64,000 nucleotides of DNA from Eukaryota sp. GEM-RC1 (taxonomy: Eukaryota). Positions 47,011 to 58,782 of the stretch are shown piece after piece (position 1 is the first letter of the stretch; every line of letters begins with the position of its first letter). Position numbers and translations under genes: made by a program. The stretch covers positions 2,046,001 to 2,110,000 of the forward strand of contig JAUFOQ010000016.1 in assembly GCA_040285855.1 (NCBI GenBank). The letters run 5' to 3'. Below the pieces are notes generated by a model, which did not search any database, was not told where the DNA came from, and saw nothing but the letters and a program-made list of their open reading frames with translations.

Positions 47011-49380
47011 ATGTGCTTTTGTTGTTCGAACATAAGGCAAGTGTTGAAAAGAAACGAAATAACCAGAAGCTCACCCCTCATACCAGAGTGCAACTGTCTT
47101 CATTTCAATACCCTCCATTTCAATAACTCTGACCCGGCTTATATCGCTGTCTTTCTACCAAACTTTCTCAGATTCGAGCAGAAATCTCTCTAAGTGGAAC
47201 TCTTTGCTGATACAATCAACTATATCGCCCAACAGTCTCCTGTTCTGGTCCGTTTTGTTCTCTTTCGTGTTTCTCTCTGTGTTTTGAATATGCAACACAT
47301 CAAGACCACCAACAGACAGTCCATGCCTTCGATCCGGCGCCCCTGTTTCCAAAACAAAGACTTCAGGATGAGCGCTAATACTCATGATGGAGCTACACCA
47401 CTGACCTTAATTAATGTTAGCGACATTAAATACAGTCAATACTAGTCAATACTGCTCAAACCTAAATTAAGGACATCTGTGTAGAGTCTACAAGTAGGTG
47501 TCTGACAGTCATTGGCAGTGTGTCCAATTCAAACTTCCACCCCCTATGAAACACATTCAAACCCAGTCATTACGTCAACTTCTACTACTCTACCCTAGAA
47601 TCTTCATTCGATCTCTAATCGTCGCTTTACCTATTTCTTTTATGTTGCATTCACTCTACTTTCCAGAGTATCCCTCTTCTGTAAACCAGCAGACCAAACC
47701 ATGAATGATCGCTTCTGGTTAGCAATCGAGAGTAGTCTGCAAACTGTTTGTATCTTGACCTACTTGTTTGTTTCCATGTTATTCCAGTAAGCTCACACTA
47801 GTTATTGGCCATTTTACTTCCTCTTTCCATACAAAGCAAAACCCTTCCGACGTTACGCTTGCCTATTTGGATTCTTTATTGCAATATACTCAGTTTTAAG
47901 GTCGTTTGTCCTGGCGAATCTATTTCCCACTGCTCAACTCATAGCGTTTCTTTATCTTGCTGCTATCTTTTATCTCGTAGCTATCGCTAAGTTCTGCAAA
48001 AGGAGGATCTGGTCAAAGTCAAACACTTCACTGCCTTATTCATGCCCTTTATCCTCAATCTGCTACTAATGGAGGTTTGTGGTCTCTTTTGTTCTTAACT
48101 CTAGTTTGTAGTTATCCGGTTCTACTTCGCCTCTGAACGCTATTCCATTCGTATACTGATGCGGATCGTTGTTGCACCATGCATGATTTATGTCTCTGAA
48201 ACCTTCGCTAGAATCGCTATTCGTAGAATTTGCTCTGATTGGCAGGATCGTGAAGCTGAAAAACAAAGTGTGGCTGCTTCTATGAAATCACTGAGAAAGC
48301 CCTTCTCAATCCTTTTTCGATCCACTCCGTCATTAAACTACTTGTACTTCGTCTATTGGTCGCTAATGCTGGTAATTTCGCTGAAACTACCTACCTGATC
48401 CTCTTCTCTACTTTCTTTGAAGTTATTTGGAGAACCACTAATAGGTCACGTGATGATTTCTTTGAACGTGTATTTGTAACGTCAAAAATATCTAAGAGTT
48501 CGAAATTAGACCTCGACTCGCTAAAAAAGATTCCTGATATCGACGACAAGGTGTCTCTAAACTTTTCCCCTAAAGTCACTCACTCTGTTAGAAAAAGGTC
48601 AATTACAGCTCAAGTTGATCAGGTACGTAATCACGTGAACAATCACGTCATTGGCAATGTATCTCCTCATCTAGGAGAGCTTCCCAACGCGGTTGTTGAT
48701 TCAGATGATCAATCCTCTGACCAGTCGACCGTGAGCTTTATTTTTGGAGGTGATAAGGTGGTGGACTTTGGAGTTAACAAGACACTTTCGGATTCCGAAG
48801 TAAGTGAAGTTCTGTCAGAGATTGAAGAAAGTAATGTAAAAGAAGGTGATCATTGTATTGATTGTGGGAGTGCCGCAGATTCTTACTCTCTTGCCAGGAC
48901 AGTTTCTTGTGCTGAGATGAAGACGTTTGCTGAAGAAAGCTTGTCAGATTTCGATCTCTTCTACCATCAAATCGCTCTGTTCGATGTCGTTTTCGATGTC
49001 GCAGCAATCTTTTGACCTTTTTCATGAACATTAGTGCGACCATCATTTTTGATTCGATTGGAGCTCTAAAAGAATCAATGCAAGAACTTGTTACTATCCT
49101 GATAATCCAATTAATTACAAATGCGGCAACTGATATCGCTGTGCTTTTCTTAATGTCTCGCAGACGGTTTAAAAGAAATCTACTCACTGCATTTCCCGTA
49201 GTTTGGGATCGGTATGCTAGTCAACATTTCTTACCTATTTTTCTTGCTCTTTTTACTGGGATTGCTTATTATACTTATAGGTATTACATGGCTCTAAGGC
49301 AATCTTGGCACGTGTTTTCTTTTGCTGATGATAGTGATGCTGATTCATCTTGCAGACATGCTTTCTGGGGGCCTTTCTAA
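47011..49380 (+). pseudogene. disrupted polytopic membrane protein gene
   Basis: Successive hydrophobic reading frames broken by in-frame stops (e.g. TAA 47191-47193, TAG 47443-47445) and frameshifts (e.g. 49010-49013). Confidence 0.55.
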
Positions 49381-49516
49381 ATGGACAAGAACTACTAGAA
49401 ACCACTTGTTTTACTATCTGACTTGAGATTACGGATGTCTTCATTGTGATGGTGGTAAAACTTTCTTTTGTGCTAAAGAACTACTTTTGTATTGTTATAA
49501 AAGAAGAAGTTATTAG

Positions 49517-51302
49517 ATATAAAGAGTTTATTTGCAACAATAAATTAATACATACTAATTCAGAAAATGAAAGAAGTTAAATTCTCCACATCAACACGAG
49601 AATTGTCCCTATACAACTTCGAATAAATGGAACATAAATACTTGGGAATGCTTCTATAAAGAGCGAACACAATTCGATTAATCCATACAGCGCTATTAAA
49701 CACCTTGCCATTAGAACGACATAAAAGACTAAAATCACTGAAAAACTTTAAACCGGCTGGACCAATATTACCAAAAATTGAAATTGCAAATGGAACAAAT
49801 GAAAACTTAGAATATAGATTTTCAGTAAGCTTCTGCAAAACATCCGCATAATTTGAACACTTTCGTTGTTCAGCCTTTTCCAGATGACCATTCGAATCAT
49901 TTAATATGGAGTCTTTTTTTTGGCTATTTGGCCTGCAAATTTATTAAACTATTCAACTTGCTCTTGTGGAGCTAATGGTGTTTTTCGTCATTTAATTAAT
50001 TGTCGTTATTTTATTCATCTACGTGCAGTAATTCATGATGGTGTACGTGATTCTTGTTATTCCATGTTTAAAGCACATGGTTTTCACTCTAAAGTTGAAC
50101 CAGTTTTGAATCATCTTTCAGAAAATGAATTTACTGATCAAAAAGAGGGCATCTACATACTCCATGGCTTAAATCGTGTCAATCATTAATGGATTTTACT
50201 ACAGTAGATGTTTGTAACAAATCTTGTGTTAGTAGGATATTAGATTCTTCTTTTAACCCGTTAACAGCTGCTGAAAAGCTCAAACACTCCAAGTATGACT
50301 CTCAAGTAGAAGAATTAAATAGAAACTCATATTCCAAATTTGTGTTTCAACCTTTTGCTGTTTCTCTTTTGGATCTATTAGTCCTGCTGGTGATCAATTT
50401 TTCAAGGATTTCGAAGAATTGTGTAAAGAAAAGAAGCGTAAGTTTAGAATGACTGAATGGAAAAACCGTATTGTGTTTTCCATGTATCGGAATTTGCCTT
50501 TCTATTTCTCTAGATTAATTGAGAAATTGTACAAGTTTGGTGTGAAGGTTAATGTTGATAAATGTAATCTTTTACCGGGTGGTGATGAAGTCGTTTGGAT
50601 TTAATCTTAGTATTATTTGTTTGCTTTTACAATTTCATAGTTTGTAGGAAGGTTACCTTATTGGGTGCCGAATAAATTCTCTCTTGTGGAGTCTTGGTAG
50701 ACTTTTGCAAACGGGTCAACTGCAGTAAAATCATCCACAACTTGAGATGAATCCAGGAAAGGAGCAATTAAGTCACCACGCCGAGAATCAAACACGTTAT
50801 TGTCACTATAATGTTTCAGAAGAGGTTCAATTTTACAACTATAAATGTAGGATTTGAACGTTACATAAGTAACATCACGAACAGCGTTATGTAAAACAGA
50901 TCGAAATTGCAAAAATTTCTTGCAACTAACAACATGACGAAATATGGCTGTAGCTCGGTTATCGCAAACACAGATTGAATTATTTAGCAAACCACTAGGG
51001 AATAAACCTAAGCGAAGACCCATATTTTGCTTCCAAGCATCATTGTTCAAATGTAAACCAAAAGGTCTTGGTTGTTGAGTGATGAAGCATGTCACATAAA
51101 AAAAGCTGCAAAGACGGGATTATCAATCTTAGTCACACTAAGTCTTTTACTAAAATCCAAGTCTTCCAAGCCAAGTAATGTAGCATTCTGTAACTTAACT
51201 ACAACAAGAGGTGGAAATTCAATTGACCGATCAGGAATAGATGAAACACTTTTCGGGAAACTTTTGTTCCAAACTTCAATAGGCAAAAAAGAAAGTTAAA
51301 AA
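49517..51302 (-). mobile_element. CRE-like retrotransposon (family B, longer copy) interrupted by a family-A element
   Basis: 13-bp direct repeat AAGAAGTTATTAG at 49504-49516 and 51303-51315; the segments ...RRGDLIAP..DFTAVDP..QDSTR (50680-51290) and DSNGHLEKAEQRK..FVPFAISIFG (49520-49898) are consecutive RLE motifs. Confidence 0.75.
49900..50676 (+). mobile_element. CRE-like element (family A), nested, 5'-truncated
   Basis: CSCG..RHLINC...IHDGVRD...VEPVL...MDFTTVD...AAEKLKHSKY...FQPFAVS; ends GGGTGCCGAATAAA. Confidence 0.88.
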
Positions 51303-51334
51303 AAGAAGTTATTAGTCTTATTTTCCACTTATAG

Positions 51335-52185
51335 AAAAAAAACGGGGTTTATGATCAATCAGTGAAATAAATACATTTGCAGAAAACAATAATTAAAGGA
51401 TCTAAACTATGATCCTTCTGTCCATCACCGAACAACTTACCTAAAATTGAATTAAAATATCTGTGCACTGAACGAAACAACGCAAACGTTAACCTACTCA
51501 ACCAAAAATTTTCATAGAAAGCTTTATCGTACTCAGAACACAATTTACTAAAGGAAGTCAAAAAACCTTGTGCAGCTGGTCCAACATTACCGTATATCGA
51601 CATTGCAAAAGGTTGAAACACAAAAGAATTGTACCTGTCAACATTTAATTGGTTAATGAAGTGACAGTACTTTGTATTTTTTCATTTTTCAACCACTTCA
51701 TGAGCAGACAAATCATCATCAAAATTTTGGAAATTGATCTTGAATTACAAGGATCAACAGTTGTGAAATCCATGATAATTTCCTGACAAGATAACCAAGG
51801 ACCAATCAAATTACCACGACTTCTATCAACTTTTGGCTGATCAGAAAGATTAGCAAGTAAAGGTTCAATTTTTCCATGTGAACCATTAGCTTTAAACATA
51901 TCCAAACAGGTATCCCGGATACAGTTGTGAACAAATGATCTAAAATGAATATATTGATGACAGTTAAGTAAATGATGAAAATTTGAAGCCTTTGAACGAC
52001 CACAAAGACATGGAGAATGCTTCAAAATACCTGATGGCCATATACCTAACCTAAGTCTCATGTTTATAAGCCATCCATCATAATTAAGATTAAAACAAAA
52101 TTTTCGTGGCAAACGAGAAACAAATGAAGACGTAGAGCTTGAAAAAATATCATTTAAAAAGGCACAAAAAGCTAAAAATATAGGA
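51335..52185 (-). mobile_element. CRE-like element (family C), 5'-truncated
   Basis: NMRLRLG..CLCG...HLLNC...SRGNL...MDFTTVDPCN...FQPFAMSIYG. Confidence 0.88.
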
Positions 52186-53100
52186 AACTGTAATTCCACT
52201 GCAACCAAACTTCGATATTATTACAGTAGTAAGAGTCGGACATTAATTAATGTCAGAGTTCTTTTGCTTTAATCGAAAGAACATTAGTGGAATAACCAGC
52301 TATAGATGTCGGAACACTGATACTCACCATGGTCTTTTATTATGGACATCTCCTAAATATAGTATGGTAATAACCATACCTGGAAAATACAAGGGTTGGA
52401 AAAAATACCAATAAAAAAATAAAAAATACCGATACACAGTAAAATACAAAAATACAAAGACAATGATGCTCTCTTATTTGTAATTTTAATAGTGGACAAA
52501 GACAACAATGATCATTTCTCTCAACTAGTGGATCCACTAGTTCGTACAACAAATCATGTTAAATGATCGCCTACATGTACATGTATTTAGATTCGTTTCT
52601 ATTAATACTTAAGCTAAACTATGATTGCTTCAGTAAATAGAGATTGATCAATTGTCTCTCACTCCTAGTCAGACTCAATTCTGCTTTTCTTTTTGTTGGT
52701 TTGCACCTATTTTGTGTCCTGCTTTTGGAGAAACACAACCAAATAGCAATTCTTGCTCCAACTATTACTCGACCTTTTGAAGTAGACTACTTTGTTCATA
52801 TGTCTTCTGTTTTGGTTATGTACACTGTAGTATTGTTATAAAAAGAATTGTTGTCTGTTTTGATTGCTGATAAACTACTACAACTACTTCGTTTTGTAAC
52901 TGAATTGATATCGTGTATTATATTTTCATTAAATCTCATGAAAAGAAATTGGAGATAAAAGAACTACATGTACATCCAAAATAGGTACTTTTTCAGGTAA
53001 GTAAGTTCAGAAACTTATTCGTAAAAAAATGCAGCATTTTTATACTGAAAACTAAACAATACAAATGCACAAATACAAGAAATACAAAAAACAGAAAAAG

Positions 53101-53358
53101 CTTTATTCGGCACCCAATAAGGTAACCTTCCTACAAACTATCAAATTGTAAAAACAAACAAATAATACTAAGATTAAATCCAAACGACTTCATCACCACT
53201 CGGTAAAAGATTACGTTTTTCAACATTCACCTTCACACCAAACTTGTACAACTTCTCAATTAATCTAGAGAAATAGAAAGGCATAATCCAATATATGGAT
53301 TCTATATTAAGGAAAACACTTTATGGTTTTTCCATTCAGCCATTCTAAACTTACGCTT
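53101..53358 (-). mobile_element. CRE-like 3' end (family A)
   Basis: Reverse complement of about 50433-50676. Confidence 0.85.
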
Positions 53359-53469
53359 AAAGGATAGTATTGGGTTTAAGGACCAACCAGCTTCCTACTA
53401 GATATCCTCTTTGGACCAAATACATACTCTGCGATGTTTGTCAATCTTCTTCTCTAAACTCGTGAGATC

Positions 53470-55069
53470 ATGACTCAAAAAATCCGGGATATCCTGTTCC
53501 TAGTTGCTTTTCTAGCCGTCGTTGCTTCAAACGTATTCATCTCAAGATACGCGTTTCAAAACGGAAACTCTCGCCTTCTTTATGTTCCCATCGACTCTCA
53601 AGGTCTTGTTTGTGGTGTTGACTACACTGACCGTCCCGTACTCTTCTTTCCAAACCCCTCTGACTTCTCCAACTCCCTCTGTATCTTCTCTTGTCCTGAA
53701 GTAGAAGGAACGGAAGATTGGGGTTACGATGGCCACCCTCTAGACTTATACCCAACCAGAAACGTCTTCGGACGATGTCTCTCCCCCTGAAATGATCCCT
53801 TACTTCAATGACTTCTTTGGATCAGACTTCGTTCACAAGTCCCTCACTGGTATTCAAGGATCTTCATCCACCCTACTTTACACAGCTGCACTATCCCTAT
53901 TCATCTCCTTCATCTTTCTAATCCTCCTTCGGTTCTTTGCTCCTCTCCTCGTCTACCTCTCTCTAACGCTGGTCTTTCTTCTAGGTTTGTTCTTCTCTAT
54001 TAAACTGTCGTATGATGCTAGTCGAAATTCTGCAACATCTGAACAAACATATTCCTCTTACTTCGCCTGGGCAGCCCTCGCAGTCTACCTCCTCGTACTG
54101 TTCTTCCTTCGCAAGTCCATCAGACTCTCTGTCTCTGTTATCAAGGAAGCTTCTCATGCTCTCTCCAACCTTCCCTCCCTATGTATCGCTCCTCTCCTTG
54201 CTTTCTCTCTTGTTCTAATCACTGTTTACTTTGGGATTCACTCCGTTGCCAACCTATACTCCACAGGAGAGTTCTCGTATGAAGATGGAAAACGATCTTT
54301 TGAATTTGACTTTAAGCAACAGTATATTCTTTCATACCACCTCTTCTTCTTCATTTGGCTGATATTCCTAACCTTTGCTGTCTTCACTGCTGCAGTTGCT
54401 AGTGTTGTTTCAGACTGGTACAACGGTCATCCTATCGCTTCCTTTGCTTGGTTTGCTAGATTAGGTCGAGTAAGTGTGTTTAACCTGGGCTCATTAGCTA
54501 TAGGTGCTTTGCTACTAGCTTTACTTGCTCCTTTGCGATTCTTTGCAAAGATTCTAATGAGTAGACTTCATCCAATGGGTCTTCAGGGTCGTAATGGGTT
54601 CCTATCACGTGCGGTCTTCTGTGTTTTAAAAATGGTGGAAAAAATTGTGAAATTTCTAAATCGATACATTTATGTTTTAATCGGTATTGGTAACTTTTCC
54701 TTTGGTGAAGCTGCTTCGAAAGCTCTTTCTCTTCTACTTGCTAATCTTAAACGATCTACTGTTCTAACTTTCCTCACGGACTTTGTACTTCTTTTGATTA
54801 AACTTTCTGTGGGTGTTTTTTACGCCGGGATTGTAATGATTTCCGTTGATGACGATAGTCTGTCAGGACATGAGGCTGTCGTAATTGTTTCATTTATATT
54901 AGGTTTTCTCATTGCTTCCCTTGTTACCTTCGTGTTTAGTGTGATCATTGAGACTGTGTTTATGTCGTTTCTACTTGAAGAGGAAGCTTCCCAGTTTGTT
55001 TTATCACAGAGATCAACTCATTTTAAAGAAGTTTTAAACGAGATTCAGCCAAGTGCTCCCGTAATGTAG
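53470..55069 (+). CDS. choline transporter-like protein (CTL/SLC44); extra C at 53783-53787
   Basis: RDILFL...GNSRLLYVPIDSQGLVCG...CP...RC, about 10 TM segments, NLGSLAIGALL, FLNRYIY, FGEAASKA, ETVFMSFL. Confidence 0.9.
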
Positions 55070-55668
55070 AGAGTTTTGGTCTATTTATAAATATAATAAA
55101 TTAATGTTTTATTTTGGAGTGGTTTTTCAGATAAAATACATGCTTTATGTACTTCTTGAACCGGACTTCTTTCGAGAAAGCAATGTAGATCATTTTCAGG
55201 TTTGAGAGCCATGAAGAGACATTTCCTTCTTGTTTCCAGGGTCTCTACGAGTAAATTGAAAAAAGAAAAAAAAATGTACTAGAATCATGCTTCAAGTGTT
55301 AGTTTGTACGGCCATAGTTTGAATCCCTTCTTGGAAAGTTGAGTATCGAGAACATGATACTCTTTATCAGGATACTGTAATTGGGAAATAGAGAGAATAA
55401 TAGGATGACCTGAATTTGAAACCGTTACATGCCCAAGACCACGATTATGGATAGCGATCCAGACCAAATCAGACAACCGATGTTCCAAACTGTCAAAAAA
55501 GACAGGAGACATTGTTGTACGAACAAAGACGATTGTATCTTGGAAACGGATTACCAGATTACGATCAACTGCACTGTTTATAGACATTATCAGCAAAGCA
55601 TCGAAAAGATAAACAAAATTGATGTTCAGGTTTCCTCTAGGGTGACAAACCAGAATTTCTTCTTGTGA

Positions 55669-56505
55669 ATGCCTTCTTCATCTTCTGAGTGCAGTTGTCC
55701 TTGCTGCAAACGAAATCTTGAACAACAAAATCATTTTCTTCAAGAACTTCAAGATAACTATGAACAACTTCGGATTCTTAGTTCAGAACGTGATCACTAC
55801 AAACGTCTCTGTCTAAGTGACTCTTCTGATTTGAAGTCTTATAAAAATTGTCCACAATGTAAGGAACTTCTAGATGACTGTTACATTCTTCGAGAAAAGT
55901 TGATCGCCAAAAACGATGAACTTCGCAACTACTCTATGCAATTAGATACAGCTCTGTCACAACTCGACACCTTCAAAACAGAACTTGAGACTGTTCAACT
56001 TGAATCTTCCCTACCCTATCTCTCGTCCTTCTCCTCCTCTCTACAATCCCTATCTCGTCAGGTTCATTCTTTAGAATCGCTGATACTAAAAAGTCCATCT
56101 CAAGTTGATGAAGCTCGTACTATCAAGACTCTCTCCAAATTAAGTAAAGAGATGGGTGGTATGTCAGATGTCATCTATTGGTGTGCTCAGACAATAGAAA
56201 CTCTTCTAGTCAATCAATCTCCCCAACCTTCGACTTCTCCTAATCCTTTGGACAGAATGACGGATGATGATATAGTGGCGGCAGAAGTCAAGCGAATTCA
56301 AGGGGCTTTCGATGAGGTAGGGCTTGATTTCCCTCTTGTTAAACAAGGGGATGGGTATTTCTTGGGAAAGAGGAAGCTTCTGCTTTCAGTTTCGAGGACT
56401 GCTCCAACTGAAGCTGAAAGGGTTTTGGTAAGGTCTGGAGGGGGATTCCTGTCATTAGTGGAATTTTTAAAAAATTCTAGAATATTTACAAAAAAAGTTA
56501 TGTGA
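55669..56505 (+). CDS. coiled-coil protein with a C-terminal GAS2-related (GAR) microtubule-binding domain
   Basis: GYFLG...VLVRSGGGFLSLVEFL matches the GAR signature VRVGGGW..L.EFL. Confidence 0.8.
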   Translation: MPSSSSECSCPCCKRNLEQQNHFLQELQDNYEQLRILSSERDHYKRLCLSDSSDLKSYKNCPQCKELLDDCYILREKLIAKNDELRNYSMQLDTALSQLDTFKTELETVQLESSLPYLSSFSSSLQSLSRQVHSLESLILKSPSQVDEARTIKTLSKLSKEMGGMSDVIYWCAQTIETLLVNQSPQPSTSPNPLDRMTDDDIVAAEVKRIQGAFDEVGLDFPLVKQGDGYFLGKRKLLLSVSRTAPTEAERVLVRSGGGFLSLVEFLKNSRIFTKKVM

Positions 56506-57016
56506 TGTAAATGGATCTTTAATTGGAAACTAAGCTTTGGAGTTCAAATTAAGTCCATTGGTCAGTGATTAATTTGTATTATTGTAATATATGTATATCA
56601 AATGTGCGATTCTTGTATACAGAATTTAATTTTAAATTTATAAATCTGTTTTTTAATTAGTCTTGGTCGTTTTAACAAAATCTATTATACATACATTATT
56701 AACTGTTAATGACATCAACGAGATTGGTCTGTCCAGCACCCTTCTAAAAGATCATTTCATCCATCTTCAATACACTTCATTGAGATTTTATTGCCATAAC
56801 ATTGAACTCCAAACAATCCAGGCAAGTCATGAAACTTTTATTTAACAGTCTTCGATAAAGTACAAAGAAATATACAACACATTTTAAAATAATAACAATC
56901 AACAAACAATGCAGCCAAGAACTGATCACGTGATTTGTCGAAAAAAGATCACTTGATTTTGCTCTAGAACGAGCAGTCAATAGACCTAAACAAATCCCAC
57001 TCGTTCCAATAGAGAA

Positions 57017-57541
57017 TCACGAGTAAACACAATCAACAACATACTCAAAGACTCTCACAAAACTCCCAGCGCATGAACAAATCCCCCTTGACCATAAAAA
57101 AGAAGGATACATGAAACCAGTGGAAGTAGGTACAGGAGTTCCCATAGTAAGACGGTTGATCTCCGCTTGAGAAGGATGTTCTGGGGGAGTGTACTCTGGT
57201 AGGGGTTGCTTACGTTCTTCAGGGGTAAGTCTAGGCTTTCGTTGGATGGTGTGATAGAGATCATCACTGCGGATGACGTATAGCTTGCAGATGGTTTCAC
57301 CAGCTTCATTGGTCATGAATGGATTGGCTTTTAGTTCCATATGGGCTTGGAAGGAGAAGTCTTCATGAGCATAAGTTATTAAGAAGCGATGTCTTTCTTC
57401 AACAAAAGCATGTTGGATATCAATAATATGTCCCCAATGACTGAAATAGCTACGAGCATCTTCTATGGAGTCATTTGGTGCATTGACAACAAGTATGGTG
57501 CGTCTTGGAGGTCTGGGTTGGCGTTGAAACATTTGAGACAT
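57017..57541 (-). CDS. hypothetical protein with a divergent N-terminal RRM-like domain; 3' end uncertain
   Basis: RTILVVNAP...YFSHWGHIIDI...FLITY; head-to-head with LTV1. Confidence 0.55.
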   Translation of the reverse strand: MSQMFQRQPRPPRRTILVVNAPNDSIEDARSYFSHWGHIIDIQHAFVEERHRFLITYAHEDFSFQAHMELKANPFMTNEAGETICKLYVIRSDDLYHTIQRKPRLTPEERKQPLPEYTPPEHPSQAEINRLTMGTPVPTSTGFMYPSFLWSRGICSCAGSFVRVFEYVVDCVYS

Positions 57542-57587
57542 TTGAAGAGAAAATGTTGGACAATAATTGCTTCCGTTCTAGTTTCAA

Positions 57588-58730
57588 ATGCCCAGACGTC
57601 GTCAGTTCATAGATAAAAAGACTTCTCTTCGATATCGTCTTGTTCATCGTTCACACTCCGACCAACTTGCGGATGATAAAGATGCTTCTCCTTTCGTTCT
57701 TTTCCCTGTCAACAAAAACGCTGAATCTCAATCATTAAACTCTCTTGACTCTACCAACGGTCCCACTATTTTCTCAAAATCTCTTGCTGAAGAAGTTCTC
57801 CCTCAAGAAAAGCTGCAACTCAAAGAGGGTTGCTTCGGTGACTACTGGGAAGGCGACGTTAACAAAATGGATGAAGATATGAAAGCAATTTTATTTGAAG
57901 GAGAAGATGCTGATGAAATGGAAGATGATTTCGTATTAAAACTAGCTAAACTTGGATTTGAAGAAACTAACGCTCTTGATCAACAAATAATGGACGAAAT
58001 GTCTGATGAAGAGTTTGATATTGATGAAGAATTTTATGTTGATGGCGACCATGACATTGTTGAGCAGCAAATAGCTAGAATGCTGCGAGAAGATGGTGAT
58101 TCTGATGAGGAGGATGAGGAAGGATTGTCAGTTGAAGAGGCGTTTAAACTGTATGGACTGGAATTCGGTAACGATGGGTCTAAATATGACGTGACGGTGG
58201 GTGAAAACGTGCCCCCGATTCTACAGAAGCATAGTGAAGCAAGAGAGTTGTTGAAGGAGAAGAGGCGGAAGGAAATGGAGATGTTGAAACGAAACGAATG
58301 GGTGGAGGAACAAGAAGAAGACTCATCAGAGAGTTCAAACGAGTTAGTTCCTATGGAAATCGATGAGGATGCTGGTCCCAGGTATGACGTGGAGACTGTG
58401 TGTTCAAGGTATAGCACTGTATATCACCATCCTGAAGTGTTAAATCCCCTGTCAGAGCCAATGAGAAGAGTAGGGGTGTCGAGGAAGACAGGAATAGCTG
58501 TTGATCCTGAAGTGGTACAGAGTGAGAGGAAGCAGAAGAAATCAGGGAATGCTAATTTAGGAAAGAGTTTGAAAGAAGTTGATAAGGAAACTAGAAAGGC
58601 TCATAAGAAAGTGATTAAGCAGCAAAAGAGAGAGAATCGTGTTGTGAAGAAAGAAGTTAGGCAACTGTTTTCAGAACAGGCTCACAAACTGAAAGCTTCG
58701 GCAGTTAGTGGCAAAACTACAGTTATTTAA
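57588..58730 (+). CDS. LTV1: 40S ribosome biogenesis factor LTV1
   Basis: FIDKK...YRLVHRS.SD.LA, EMEDDFV, YDVETVCSRYSTVYHHP, basic C-terminal coil. Confidence 0.92.
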   Translation: MPRRRQFIDKKTSLRYRLVHRSHSDQLADDKDASPFVLFPVNKNAESQSLNSLDSTNGPTIFSKSLAEEVLPQEKLQLKEGCFGDYWEGDVNKMDEDMKAILFEGEDADEMEDDFVLKLAKLGFEETNALDQQIMDEMSDEEFDIDEEFYVDGDHDIVEQQIARMLREDGDSDEEDEEGLSVEEAFKLYGLEFGNDGSKYDVTVGENVPPILQKHSEARELLKEKRRKEMEMLKRNEWVEEQEEDSSESSNELVPMEIDEDAGPRYDVETVCSRYSTVYHHPEVLNPLSEPMRRVGVSRKTGIAVDPEVVQSERKQKKSGNANLGKSLKEVDKETRKAHKKVIKQQKRENRVVKKEVRQLFSEQAHKLKASAVSGKTTVI

Positions 58731-58782
58731 TTTGAAGCAGGTGATTAACCAATTCATTATTGCATCAGCTTTAGCAGCATTT

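Noticed and set aside
37060..49898. A discrete 375-bp SINE family with a fixed 5' end
   Set aside because: The 49522 copy is not truncated but interrupted, continuing at 50680-51300 inside one TSD. Only the breakpoint coincidence is retained as a finding.
52523..52542. Vector polylinker contamination (SpeI-BamHI)
   Set aside because: Only this short stretch resembles a polylinker, no other vector sequence flanks it, and ACTAGT motifs are common here.
55285..55668. Overlapping ORFs 55285-55596 (-) and 55429-55668 (+)
   Set aside because: No recognisable motifs; cannot be supported as genes from sequence alone.
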